From Tenericutes bacterium HGW-Tenericutes-2 (GTDB lineage: Bacteria; Bacillota_I; Bacilli_A; Acholeplasmatales; Acholeplasmataceae), in assembly GCA_002839095.1 (NCBI GenBank), contig PGXL01000009.1, positions 2,444 to 66,443 of the forward strand: a stretch of 64,000 nucleotides of DNA, in the 5' to 3' direction. Positions 41,439 through 51,267 of this stretch are shown in pieces. Position numbers and translations under genes: made by a program. Position 1 is the first letter of the stretch. The number at the start of each line of letters is the position of its first letter. A model generated the notes under the pieces. The model saw nothing but the letters and a program-made list of their open reading frames with translations, was not told where the DNA came from and ran no database searches.

Positions 41439-42971
41439 GTGTTTACTATTAAATACTTTGTTAAAAGCGACTGGAATGGATTCTTTGGATTGTTCACAAA
41501 TAACTTGACCAATATTTTAGTTATGGCCAGTTTACTTTCAGTTGTTGTAGGTCTACCAGGGAATATTGTCTATGGTAGAATCCTTCCAGCAGTGGGCTTA
41601 TCTATTTTCATCTCATCTATTTATTATAGCTTTATGGCAGTCAAGCTATCTAGAAAAGAAAAAAGAGATGATGTAACAGCTCTACCTGCAGGTACTTCGG
41701 TACCACATATGTTTTTAATTGTATTTTTAATCATAGGTCCTGTGTATTGGACAACTCAAAATGCTTATTTAGCATGGGCAGCTGGTCTAGTATGGTCTTT
41801 ATTAGAAGGTGTAATAGAGCTTTTAGGAAGCTTTATAGGTACAAAGGTTAGAAAAATACTTCCAAGAGCTGCAATGCTTGGATCACTTGCCGGTGTTTCC
41901 ATCACCTATATTGCATTAAATCCTGCATTTAGCATCTTTGCAATTCCTTATATTGGTCTAGTATCACTTGCTATCGTTTTACTTGGATGGGTTGGTAAGG
42001 TAAAAATGCCATTCAATATTCCAACTGGTCTTGTTGCTATTCTTGTCGGGGTCATTATAGGATGGGTGAGTGGTTTAATGAGTCTTGGTCCTCTATTAGA
42101 CAGTCTAAGAAGCATTACACTCGGTGCACCTGTACCAAGCTTTTCAAGATTTAGTGATGGCTTCCAAAGCGCATTACCATTTCTTTTCTCAGCAATTCCT
42201 CTAGGAATTTACAATTTCTTTGAAACCATTGATAATTGTGAATCTGCGGCAGTTGCAGGAGATCATTATTCAACAAGAGAAGCAATGATTGCAGATGGAA
42301 CAACAACCATCATTGGTTCTATATTTGGAAATCCTTTCCCAACAGCAATATTTATTGGTCATCCAGGTTGGAAGGAAGCAGGAGCAAGAATAGGATATTC
42401 ATTTGTTTCAGGACTTGTTCTATTTATTTTAACTTTATTTGGCATGATTTCAATTCTACTAAATATCATTCCAGTAGTCGCAATTCTACCTATCCTTCTT
42501 TATATAGGTATCGTAATCACTACACAAGCATTTACCTCTGTTTCACATAAATATGCACCAGCAGTTGTTTTAGCGATTGTTCCATGGTTAGCAGATTGGA
42601 CGAAAAATGCTGTAGATATCGCACTTGGTGCAGCAGGAACAAATGCTTCAACCATTGGTTTTGGTTTACTTGAAGGTAATGGCTTGAACTATTTTGGAAT
42701 GATGAATTTAGGTGCAGGTAGCATTATTGTTGGGATGATCTTAGGATCAATTGCTGTGTATATTATTGATCATAAATTTGTTCATGCAGCATTTACAACA
42801 ATCATTGCAGCTATCCTTACATTCTTTGGAATTATTCATTCAGGAGTTGTGACAGTAAATGCTAATCTTGAAATGACAATTGGATATTTACTCATTACAA
42901 CACTATTTATTGGATATTACCTATATTACAAATCGAAAGGAGAAAATCAAATTGAGAAAGTATCAAGTTGA
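41439..42971 (+). CDS. NCS2/AzgA-like nucleobase-type permease, paralog 1 (start codon uncertain)
   Basis: ~12-14 TM; alignable blocks to B. subtilis PbuG/AzgA family (..E..AGAR.G.. region: GHPGWKEAGARIGYS); GAGGAGG SD overlaps the annotated GTG, so true start may be non-canonical (ATT 41448) or read-through. Confidence 0.6.
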   Translation: MFTIKYFVKSDWNGFFGLFTNNLTNILVMASLLSVVVGLPGNIVYGRILPAVGLSIFISSIYYSFMAVKLSRKEKRDDVTALPAGTSVPHMFLIVFLIIGPVYWTTQNAYLAWAAGLVWSLLEGVIELLGSFIGTKVRKILPRAAMLGSLAGVSITYIALNPAFSIFAIPYIGLVSLAIVLLGWVGKVKMPFNIPTGLVAILVGVIIGWVSGLMSLGPLLDSLRSITLGAPVPSFSRFSDGFQSALPFLFSAIPLGIYNFFETIDNCESAAVAGDHYSTREAMIADGTTTIIGSIFGNPFPTAIFIGHPGWKEAGARIGYSFVSGLVLFILTLFGMISILLNIIPVVAILPILLYIGIVITTQAFTSVSHKYAPAVVLAIVPWLADWTKNAVDIALGAAGTNASTIGFGLLEGNGLNYFGMMNLGAGSIIVGMILGSIAVYIIDHKFVHAAFTTIIAAILTFFGIIHSGVVTVNANLEMTIGYLLITTLFIGYYLYYKSKGENQIEKVSS

Positions 42972-43614
42972 GGCAAAGCCATTTGTATTTGACTTTGACC
43001 TCGAAAAAACTGCACTTGTCATTATTGACATGCAAAGAGACTTCTGTGAGTTTGGCGGTTTTGGTGAAGCGTTGGGTAATGATATTACGCCAACAAAATC
43101 AATTATACCAACTGTTAGAAAAGTGCTAGATGCAGCAAGAGCTGCTCATATGTTTATCATTCATACAAGAGAAGGGCATCGACCGGATTTAAGCGATGTA
43201 CCTAAAGCGAAAAAGGTAAGATTTTCATCTATAGGTGAAATTGGACCTATGGGTAGAATATTAATTCGTGGTGAATATGGCCATGATATAGTAGATGAAT
43301 TAAAGCCACTTCCTGGAGAAGTTGTCATTGATAAGCCTGGTAAGGGTGCATTCTATGAAACGGATCTTCATTCAATTTTACAAAATAAAAATATTGAATC
43401 ACTCATCTTTTGTGGTGTAACTACACATGTTTGTGTACACACAACAATTCGTGAAGCAAACGATAGAGGATATGAATGTTTAATGCTAGAGGATGGAACA
43501 GCTGCATTTGATCCTAAAGATCAAGAAGCTGCAATTCGAATGATTAACCAACAAGGTGGTATCTTTGGTTGGACAACAACAAGTGAAGAACTACTTAAAA
43601 AACTAAAAAAATAA
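42952..43614 (+). CDS. Isochorismatase-family cysteine hydrolase (amidohydrolase)
   Basis: Isochorismatase fold signatures: ALVIIDMQRDF (Asp), K at ~+80, catalytic Cys in FCGVTTHVCV; TTG start 42952 with AAAGGAG SD 8 nt upstream (ORF track 42880 is an extension overlapping permease). Confidence 0.8.
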   Translation: MRKYQVEAKPFVFDFDLEKTALVIIDMQRDFCEFGGFGEALGNDITPTKSIIPTVRKVLDAARAAHMFIIHTREGHRPDLSDVPKAKKVRFSSIGEIGPMGRILIRGEYGHDIVDELKPLPGEVVIDKPGKGAFYETDLHSILQNKNIESLIFCGVTTHVCVHTTIREANDRGYECLMLEDGTAAFDPKDQEAAIRMINQQGGIFGWTTTSEELLKKLKK

Positions 43615-43626
43615 AGGAGAATACGA

Positions 43627-45153
43627 ATGTTTAAGAAGCTTGAAGGTGGCACACGTTGGTGGGTCAAGGGAGATTTAAATGGATTTTTCGGTTTGTTTTC
43701 TAATGTTTTAACTAATTTTTTAGCAGCAGTAGGACTTTTAATTATTATCGGTATGCCAAGTGATATCGTATTTGGTAATGTCGTACCAGGCACTGCAGTT
43801 GCAGTAGGTCTTGGTGGTATCATTTTAGCTTTTCAAGCTAAGCAATTATCTGTCAAGATGAAGAGAGATGACGTGACTGCAATGCCATATGGCCTATCAG
43901 TACCTCATTACTTCGTCGTTGCATTTGGTGTTATTGCAGTTGTTTATGCAACTACCAATGACTGGCAAACAGCTTGGGCTGCAGGTATCGTATGGAACTT
44001 TATTCAGGGTATTATTATGGGTATAGGTTCATTTGTTGGTATCTATATTAAGAAATATATTCCTCGTGCAGCAATGCTTGGTGCACTTGCGGGGTTAGCA
44101 ATTACATATATTGCTATGAATCCAGCAGGTCAAGTATTCACTACTCCATATATTGGAATGACATCACTTGCTATTATCTTTGTCGGTTGGTTTGCACTTA
44201 AGAAAATGCCATTTGGTATTCCTGCTGGTGCATTCGCGATTATGATTGGTACAATTCTTGCTTGGGCAACTGGTTATATGGATCCACAAGCAGTTGGTGA
44301 CTCATTCTCTAACGTAGGATTTAGCCTACCTGGCTTGGCACTAAATGTTTTTGGTCGGGGCTTTGCTCAAATTGCTCCATTCCTTCCAGCTGCAATTCCT
44401 TTAGCTATCTATGATTTCCTTGAAAGCTTAGATAATCTAGAATCTGCAGAAGTTTCTGGTGAAAAATATAACGTTCCAAAGGCTATGATGGTTCCTGCAG
44501 GATTAACGATTCTTGGTTCATTCTTAGGTTCTCCATTCCCAACAATCATCTACATTGGTCATCCTGGATGGAAATCAACAGGTGCACGTATAGGTTATTC
44601 ATGGGTAACTGGTGTCGCAGTCTTGTTACTTGCATTCCTAGGATTTATGAATTTTATCCTAGCTATTATTCCTCTGGTTGCATTACTACCAATTCTAATG
44701 TATATCGGTATGGTTATTACAACTCAAGCATTTGCTACCACTAAGAAAGAGCATATGCCAGCAGTAGCATTATCCTTTATTCCACTGATTGCAGGTTTTG
44801 TAACACTACAGGTTAAAAACGCGATTAACGCTACTGGTGGTACTCTAGACTATCAAGCCTTAGCGAACACAGGTATCCCACTACTTGGTTGGGAAAGACT
44901 TGCTGCAGGTGATATTTTAGTAGGGATGATGATCGCTACCATTGCAATCTTCATCATCGATAAGAAATTCTTAATCTCTGCAATATATGCTTTAATTACT
45001 GCAGCTCTTGCATTCTTTGGATTTATACATGCACCAGCAATTGGATTTGCTACAGGCTGGGAAGTTGCATTAGGTTATGTTGCAATGGCTCTTGTTCTAG
45101 TTGCGATGAATTTCTATCGCAGTCATGAAAATGTAGTCAGTGAGACAGAGTAG
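43627..45153 (+). CDS. NCS2/AzgA-like nucleobase-type permease, paralog 2
   Basis: AAAGGAG SD; same architecture and ~45% identity by eye to 41439 gene (GDLNGFFGLFSNVLTN, IGHPGWKSTGARIGYS). Confidence 0.65.
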   Translation: MFKKLEGGTRWWVKGDLNGFFGLFSNVLTNFLAAVGLLIIIGMPSDIVFGNVVPGTAVAVGLGGIILAFQAKQLSVKMKRDDVTAMPYGLSVPHYFVVAFGVIAVVYATTNDWQTAWAAGIVWNFIQGIIMGIGSFVGIYIKKYIPRAAMLGALAGLAITYIAMNPAGQVFTTPYIGMTSLAIIFVGWFALKKMPFGIPAGAFAIMIGTILAWATGYMDPQAVGDSFSNVGFSLPGLALNVFGRGFAQIAPFLPAAIPLAIYDFLESLDNLESAEVSGEKYNVPKAMMVPAGLTILGSFLGSPFPTIIYIGHPGWKSTGARIGYSWVTGVAVLLLAFLGFMNFILAIIPLVALLPILMYIGMVITTQAFATTKKEHMPAVALSFIPLIAGFVTLQVKNAINATGGTLDYQALANTGIPLLGWERLAAGDILVGMMIATIAIFIIDKKFLISAIYALITAALAFFGFIHAPAIGFATGWEVALGYVAMALVLVAMNFYRSHENVVSETE

Positions 45154-45931
45154 TATAACTTCAATCGATTGCAATGTTTTAGATGAAATCAAGATGAATG
45201 GTGCAACTATACAAGGTGTCTATAGGAGTACCATTCATCTTTCCTTAAGGGACTCTATCGTAACATTGGGAAATCGAGTGACTTCAGGAAAACATCATAT
45301 TACAATTTTTGAAGATTTAGACTTTGGGATATATGATTTAACTCCTGGAAAGAAAATAGTTATTGATCAGGATAAAATGCTTATTGGTGATCTTGAATTT
45401 GAAATCAATAAAGAAACAGTAAAGAGCTTTGAACCCTATAGCAAGATATATAAGATCAATACAGGAGTTATCAATGTGCTGAGAAAGCTAAAAAAAATGC
45501 TTAATGAAGGGCACAATCAAAATCTATTCTCTTATAACAAAAATGATGCATTACTCAAATATCAATTTGAAAAAATTGATGTCTTTTTGAACAGTCCAGG
45601 ATTGCCGAGTTCATTATCTATACTCGGTTTAGGTATGGGTTTAACTCCTTTAGGAGATGATATTCTTACAGGATTTATATTAGGGCTAAATTCTGTAGGT
45701 AAATCTTTACCTTGGATTCCCGCACTAATTAAGGAAGCATCTAAAAAAACGAGCAAACTTTCTGCTCAAAACTTAAAGGATACATATGAAAGATATTATC
45801 CTCAGGTCTTTATTGATTTGCTTGATGGATTGTTTCTTGATTATGATGTAGAAAAAGCAAAAACTATATTAAATTTAGGTGCAACTAGCGGAGCTGGAAT
45901 TCTCACCGGATTTATTTATGGACTCATGTAG
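45140..45931 (+). CDS. DUF2877 protein (YlbF/AllH-like, putative oxamate carbamoyltransferase subunit); start uncertain (GTG 45140 or ATG 45194)
   Basis: Size (~260 aa) and position adjacent to fdrA-like and DUF1116 genes as in E. coli fdrA-ylbE-ylbF-ybcF. Confidence 0.55.
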   Translation: MRQSSITSIDCNVLDEIKMNGATIQGVYRSTIHLSLRDSIVTLGNRVTSGKHHITIFEDLDFGIYDLTPGKKIVIDQDKMLIGDLEFEINKETVKSFEPYSKIYKINTGVINVLRKLKKMLNEGHNQNLFSYNKNDALLKYQFEKIDVFLNSPGLPSSLSILGLGMGLTPLGDDILTGFILGLNSVGKSLPWIPALIKEASKKTSKLSAQNLKDTYERYYPQVFIDLLDGLFLDYDVEKAKTILNLGATSGAGILTGFIYGLM

Positions 45932-45941
45932 GAGCGATGAT

Positions 45942-47477
45942 ATGAAAAATTACAAAATATTAAAAAACAGTTATTATGATTCTGTTACCTTAATGAGTAC
46001 AACAGTAGCACTCAAAAAGGAATTCAATTTTAAAGAGCTTGTGATGTTTATGGGAACTGACATGAATAAGGACATGATTAAGTCAGTTGGTTTGTTCCAT
46101 GAAGAATTATCTTCAGCTGAACCCAATGACTTGATGCTTTCTGTAGAAATGTCAGAAGAAAACTCAAATTGGGTTGAAGAAATACTTTCTAGATTGTCAG
46201 CTAAAAAATCAACAGCTAAGGAATCTGATAAGATATATAAAACAATCAATCAAGCCATTGATGATTTAAACCCTAATATCGCTGTTATCAGTGTTCCAGG
46301 TATTTATGCAGCAAATGAAGCCTACAAGGCATTGGAAAAAAATTTGCATGTCATGCTTTTTTCAGATAATGTTAGTGTAGAAGATGAAATTGAACTCAAA
46401 GAGATAGGGATTAGGAAGAATTTACTTGTTATGGGACCTGATTGTGGAACTGCTATAATCAATGGAAAAGGTTTATGCTTCGCAAATCAAATCCGAAGAG
46501 GAAGTATTGGACTAGTTGCTGCAAGCGGAACAGGTCTACAAGAGGTTAGTGTTATTATCGACAAATTTGGAGGAGGAATCACTCAGGCTATTGGAGTTGG
46601 TGGTAGAGATCTATCAGAACAAGTCGGTGGACGGATGATGTTGATGGGTATCGATGCATTAGAACAAGATGAACTAACAAAGGTTATTGTTTTAATCTCT
46701 AAGCCTCCTCATCAAACTGTGCTAGATAAAATTCTAGCAAAGCTCAAATCGATAAAGAAACCTGTTGTACTATGTCTTTTAGATGCAAAGCTAGATGAGA
46801 AAATTAAAAACGTGTATTTCGTTTCGACATTAACTGAAGCATCTATTCAAGCATTAAAGCTGATAGGATTTGATACACCTGATTTACTTCAAGTCGATCA
46901 AGAGATGAAAGGCTTGATTCAAAAACATCAAAAGAAATTTAGTCCTTCACAAACCAAGGTGAAGGGGTTATTTTGTGGTGGTACATTAACAGCGGAGTCA
47001 CTCAGCATACTAAGACCTATCCTAAAGTTAATTAAAAGTAATGTTGCAAAAAAGGATTATGAAAAGATGGAAAACCCACTCATATCTAACGGTAATAATT
47101 TGGTTGATCTAGGTGATGATATCTTTACACAAGGTAAACCACATCCAATGATTGAACCTACAATTCGATTAGAGCGTATTTTAGAGGAAGCCAATAATTC
47201 TGAAACTGCAGTATTATTACTTGATTTTGAGCTTGGCATTGGCTCACATGATGATCCAGTTGGCGTAACGTTAGATACACTTGTTGAAGCGCAAAACATA
47301 GCAAAGAACAATGGCAGACATTTGTCTATCGTTTCTTATGTTTGTGGAACTGATAAGGATCATCAAGGATTACAAAATTCAGAAAATAGATTAAAGGAGA
47401 TTGGTGTGATTGTTGCAAAAACGAATGCACATGCTGCAATCATCGCTGGTGAACTATTAAAAGAGGTGAAAAAATGA
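45942..47477 (+). CDS. fdrA: FdrA-like (AllF-like) CoA-binding/succinyl-CoA-synthetase-fold protein
   Basis: TAGGAGCG SD; N-terminus KNSYYDSVTLM resembles FdrA (..FQDSVSLM..); CoA-binding and ligase-CoA-like regions; 511 aa. Confidence 0.7.
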   Translation: MKNYKILKNSYYDSVTLMSTTVALKKEFNFKELVMFMGTDMNKDMIKSVGLFHEELSSAEPNDLMLSVEMSEENSNWVEEILSRLSAKKSTAKESDKIYKTINQAIDDLNPNIAVISVPGIYAANEAYKALEKNLHVMLFSDNVSVEDEIELKEIGIRKNLLVMGPDCGTAIINGKGLCFANQIRRGSIGLVAASGTGLQEVSVIIDKFGGGITQAIGVGGRDLSEQVGGRMMLMGIDALEQDELTKVIVLISKPPHQTVLDKILAKLKSIKKPVVLCLLDAKLDEKIKNVYFVSTLTEASIQALKLIGFDTPDLLQVDQEMKGLIQKHQKKFSPSQTKVKGLFCGGTLTAESLSILRPILKLIKSNVAKKDYEKMENPLISNGNNLVDLGDDIFTQGKPHPMIEPTIRLERILEEANNSETAVLLLDFELGIGSHDDPVGVTLDTLVEAQNIAKNNGRHLSIVSYVCGTDKDHQGLQNSENRLKEIGVIVAKTNAHAAIIAGELLKEVKK

Positions 47478-48895
47478 GCATCAACAAGCTTTTTAGTGAA
47501 GAACTTAAAGTTGTGAATATTGGTTCACCTAGTTTTAAGAATGATTATGAAAAACAAGAAATCGAGTATATTCATTTGAATTGGGCTCCACCTGCATCAG
47601 GGAACTTACAAACATTAAATCAACTGAGTCAAATTAGACCGTATATGGATAAAATTCATAAAGCCAATGAACAAGCTGTCCAAAAAATAAAAGCAGCAGA
47701 AGCTAGGCTCATAGCTGTCAAAAAAGCATATGATGTGATTCCAAATATGAGTAAAAATACAATTTTACATGCTGGACCACCAATCGAATTCAAAAGAATG
47801 GCAGGTCCAATGCGGGGTGCAATTATTGGTGCATTGATTTATGAGGGATTAGCAAAAAACGAAAAAGAAGCGATTAAGCTTGCTGAGTCTGGTGATATAG
47901 AATTTGATAGTGCTCATCATCATGATGCTGTTGGCCCAATGGCTGGTATTATTTCAGCATCCATGCCAGTTCATGTGCTATATAACATTATCGATAAAAA
48001 TTATAGCTATTGCACAATCAATGAAGGATTAGGCAAGGTGTTAAGATATGGAGCAAACAGCGAAGATGTTATTAAACGCTTGAAGTGGATTGAGCATACA
48101 TTTCAGCCTGTAATGAATGAGGCGTTAATTCTTTCAGGTGGTATTGATGTTAAAAGCATCATTACACAGGCATTACATATGGGTGATGAATGTCACAACA
48201 GAAATAAGGCATCCTCAGCACTATTTTTAAGAGAAATAGCCACACATGTTCTATCTACACAATTTACCGATCAAGAGAAAAAGGAAGTCATTGAGTTTAT
48301 TAAGAATAATGAGCATTACTTTCTAAATCTATCTATGCCTTATTGTAAGCTTGCACTGGATTCCGCAAGAAACATTAAATATTCTACCGTGGTCATCGCA
48401 ATGAGTAGAAATGGTGTTGATTTCGGAATCCAGCTTGCACATAGCAATACATGGTACAAGGCTCCAGCAAATTATGTAAAAGGGTTAATGTTTCCAGGAT
48501 TTAATGAAGATGATGCTGCTCCAGATATTGGAGATAGTGCAATCACTGAAACCTGTGGTATTGGTGGATTTGCTATGGGTGGAGCACCAGCGATTGTCCA
48601 GTTTGTAGGTGGTGTTGTCAAACAAGCATTTGATTACTCGAAGGAGATGCATGAAATAACAGCAGGTAGACATCAAGTATTTACCCTGCCACCACTTGAT
48701 TTTATGCCAACTGCTGTTGGTATCGAAATGACTAAGGTACTAGAGACTGGTATTTTACCAATCATTAATACTGGAATGGCTCATAAGGATGCTGGAGTAG
48801 GTCAAGTAGGTGCTGGTCTTGTTCATCCACCAATGGCTTGTTTTGAGAAGGCTTTGAAAGGATTTTTAGAAGAATTAAAGGAGGATAACAAATGA
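47474..48895 (+). CDS. DUF1116 protein (YlbE/AllG-like)
   Basis: AAAGAGGTG SD; ATGA overlap with fdrA; size 473 aa and gene order match fdrA-ylbE arrangement. Confidence 0.6.
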   Translation: MSINKLFSEELKVVNIGSPSFKNDYEKQEIEYIHLNWAPPASGNLQTLNQLSQIRPYMDKIHKANEQAVQKIKAAEARLIAVKKAYDVIPNMSKNTILHAGPPIEFKRMAGPMRGAIIGALIYEGLAKNEKEAIKLAESGDIEFDSAHHHDAVGPMAGIISASMPVHVLYNIIDKNYSYCTINEGLGKVLRYGANSEDVIKRLKWIEHTFQPVMNEALILSGGIDVKSIITQALHMGDECHNRNKASSALFLREIATHVLSTQFTDQEKKEVIEFIKNNEHYFLNLSMPYCKLALDSARNIKYSTVVIAMSRNGVDFGIQLAHSNTWYKAPANYVKGLMFPGFNEDDAAPDIGDSAITETCGIGGFAMGGAPAIVQFVGGVVKQAFDYSKEMHEITAGRHQVFTLPPLDFMPTAVGIEMTKVLETGILPIINTGMAHKDAGVGQVGAGLVHPPMACFEKALKGFLEELKEDNK

Positions 48896-49818
48896 AAATT
48901 TTAGTTGCACTAGGTGGTAACGCTCTTGGTGATACTCCAGAAGAACAAAAAGAACTCGTTAAGCATGCAGCTGATAGCGTTGCTGATTTGGTAGAACAGG
49001 GACATAAGGTAGTAGTTGTACATGGCAATGGACCTCAGGTTGGCTTAATTCAGAGTGCATTTGAAATAGCAAATGAAGTGAAACCCAATATGCCTTTGAT
49101 GCCTTTGCCTGAATGTGGAGCAATGAGCCAAGGATATATAGGTTATCATCTTCAAAATGCGATTTACAATTCTTTACTAAATAGAAACATTCATAAAGAT
49201 GTAGTCACTGTTGTCACACAAACAGTTGTAGATCCAAATGATCAAGCATTTAAAAACCCTTCTAAACCAATTGGAAAGTTTTATACTAAAGAAGAATCAG
49301 AAAAAATGGTAAAGCAATACAATATTCCAATGGTTGATGATTCAGGAAGAGGGTATAGACTTGTTGTACCAAGCCCAATGCCAATCGATATTATCGAAAA
49401 AAACGTTATTAAGGAGCTACTAGAAAATGATCATATTGTAATCGCATCTGGTGGTGGTGGAATACCTGTAATCAAAAAAGATACTTTAATGGGTGTTGCT
49501 GCGGTTATTGATAAGGATTTTAGTAGTGCAAAACTAGCTGAGTTGATTAAGGCAGATGTTTTTATCATACTCACAGCAGTAAAAAGAGTTTCAATTAACT
49601 TTAGGAAGCCTAATGAACTTGAATTTTCTAAATTATCAGTTAAGGAAGCTAAGCATTATATCGATATCAATATGTTTGGCAAGGGTAGCATGGAGCCAAA
49701 AATAGTCGCAGCTGTATCTTTTGTTGAAGCAAACAAGAACGGTCAAGCCATTATTGCTAGCCTAGAAGACGCTGCTCTTGCTGTAAAAGGAAAAGCAGGA
49801 ACAATAATCTATTCATAA
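48892..49818 (+). CDS. Carbamate kinase
   Basis: AAGGAGG SD; N-terminal MKILVALGGNAL, VVHGNGPQVG, C-terminal GGGGIPV - canonical carbamate kinase/amino-acid kinase family. Confidence 0.9.
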   Translation: MKILVALGGNALGDTPEEQKELVKHAADSVADLVEQGHKVVVVHGNGPQVGLIQSAFEIANEVKPNMPLMPLPECGAMSQGYIGYHLQNAIYNSLLNRNIHKDVVTVVTQTVVDPNDQAFKNPSKPIGKFYTKEESEKMVKQYNIPMVDDSGRGYRLVVPSPMPIDIIEKNVIKELLENDHIVIASGGGGIPVIKKDTLMGVAAVIDKDFSSAKLAELIKADVFIILTAVKRVSINFRKPNELEFSKLSVKEAKHYIDINMFGKGSMEPKIVAAVSFVEANKNGQAIIASLEDAALAVKGKAGTIIYS

Positions 49819-49820
49819 AA

Positions 49821-49841
49821 AAAAGGCGTTATGCCTTTTTT
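49821..49841 (+). terminator. Rho-independent terminator after carbamate kinase
   Basis: aaaggc-gttat-gccttt + T-run, directly followed by upp SD. Confidence 0.65.
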
Positions 49842-49853
49842 AAGGAGGGAAAT

Positions 49854-50477
49854 ATGCCATATCAAGTATTCAATCATCCATTAATGAAACATAAGATGAC
49901 GATTATTAGAGATAAAAACTGCGGAACCAAAATGTTTCGAGAAGTTATTGAAGAACTCACAGCATTAATGGTTTACGAAATTAGTAGAGATTTAGAATTA
50001 GCTGAAGTAGAAATTGAAACACCTATTGCTAAGGCAACAGGTTATCAAATGGTCAAGGATATTGTGATTGTTCCAATTTTAAGGGCAGGATTAGGTATGA
50101 CTCAAGGGATTCAAAATCTTATACCTTCTGTAAAAATAGCTCATGTTGGAATGTTTAGAAACCCAGATACACTACTACCTGAGATATACTATGCAAAATT
50201 TCCTAACAACATTCAAAATGCAAAAACGTATATATTAGACCCTTTGCTTGCTACTGGCGGATCAGTCTTAGCTGCAATTGATTTACTGAAAGCAAAAAAT
50301 GTTAAGGATATCTCTGTGTTATCCATCATCGGAGTAGATACTGGTATTCAAAAAATACTAAATAAATATCCAGATATTCAGATTTATTTGATTAGCAAGG
50401 ATGAAAAACTGAATGATCATGCATATATAGTACCTGGTTTAGGTGATGCTGGGGATCGGTTATTTGGAACAAAATAA
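49854..50477 (+). CDS. upp: Uracil phosphoribosyltransferase
   Basis: 207 aa; PRPP-binding motif YILDPLLATGGS, conserved Upp N-terminus; AAGGAGGG SD. Confidence 0.95.
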   Translation: MPYQVFNHPLMKHKMTIIRDKNCGTKMFREVIEELTALMVYEISRDLELAEVEIETPIAKATGYQMVKDIVIVPILRAGLGMTQGIQNLIPSVKIAHVGMFRNPDTLLPEIYYAKFPNNIQNAKTYILDPLLATGGSVLAAIDLLKAKNVKDISVLSIIGVDTGIQKILNKYPDIQIYLISKDEKLNDHAYIVPGLGDAGDRLFGTK

Positions 50478-50479
50478 AA

Positions 50480-50505
50480 AGTTGGATATTTTCCAACTTT
50501 TTTTA
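50480..50505. terminator. Bidirectional terminator (upp / GntR)
   Basis: agttgga-tattt-tccaact + T-run. Confidence 0.8.
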
Positions 50506-51267
50506 CTTGAAATATTTGATAATATCATCCTCTTCTAAGGTTGAAGGAATACGATGTCTTGGTGCACACCATAGCTCACCATATTCGATGAGTCTATCAT
50601 ACTGATCATATGCATGGGTAATCTCATAAAAAATTGGCATGTCCTTAGAAATGTTTAATAAAGATGAAATCTCATCACTACTCGAAACAATGTTTAGATT
50701 ACGCTTTGATTTACTCATAATGATTTCGTATTCTTTTCTAAAGAAGGAGTAAAACATTTTATTAGTCATGTCAACCTGATCTAAATCAGTAAATATATCG
50801 AGTGGAAAATACATGCTTGCAATAAATAAGGGCTGATTGTTGGATTTATATAGTCTAGAAAAATAAACTAAGTCTTGATTTACACGAAATCCAGTCAGTA
50901 ATGCAATCTCATCCGTAGCCTTTAGGGCTATTTTTTTCAATAGGACCACCTCTGGAGTTTCACCGGATGATTTCAATGTATCATTTACATGAATTAACTT
51001 ATTATGAAACACATTTGGATTCGCATTATAGGTAACTTCATAATGATTATTTATTTTAATGACTAATGCCATATCAATAAGTTTTTTATATGCGCTTCTG
51101 ATAGCAGTAGTAGGAACATGTAATTCTTCTGAAAGTTCTTCAGCACTAGGCAAACTATCACCATTCTGAATCTTTAGTTTCATGATACCTACATAAATGT
51201 AATCCTTGATTTGATCAACGATAGAAACAGTCGATCTTTTATCGATTGCCAGTTTAATATTTTTCAT
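50503..51267 (-). CDS. GntR-family regulator, HutC/UTRA subfamily (paralog A)
   Basis: N-terminal wHTH (LPSAEELSEELHVPTTAIRSAYKKLIDMALV), C-terminal UTRA-like effector domain; start set at ATG 51267 (GGAGG SD). Confidence 0.75.
   Translation of the reverse strand: MKNIKLAIDKRSTVSIVDQIKDYIYVGIMKLKIQNGDSLPSAEELSEELHVPTTAIRSAYKKLIDMALVIKINNHYEVTYNANPNVFHNKLIHVNDTLKSSGETPEVVLLKKIALKATDEIALLTGFRVNQDLVYFSRLYKSNNQPLFIASMYFPLDIFTDLDQVDMTNKMFYSFFRKEYEIIMSKSKRNLNIVSSSDEISSLLNISKDMPIFYEITHAYDQYDRLIEYGELWCAPRHRIPSTLEEDDIIKYFK

Noticed and set aside
42952-43614. Calling the isochorismatase-like gene a pseudogene because its annotated ORF overlaps the upstream permease
   Set aside because: An in-frame TTG with a well-spaced AAAGGAG SD inside the overlap gives a full-length family-typical protein (221 aa) with intact catalytic Asp/Lys/Cys.
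42368-49028. ORFs 42368-42550, 43521-43823, 45562-45756, 45974-46249, 47057-47311, 48485-48676, 48765-49028
   Set aside because: Internal out-of-frame or antisense ORFs inside the permease/hydrolase/AllFGH-like/carbamate kinase genes; spurious.
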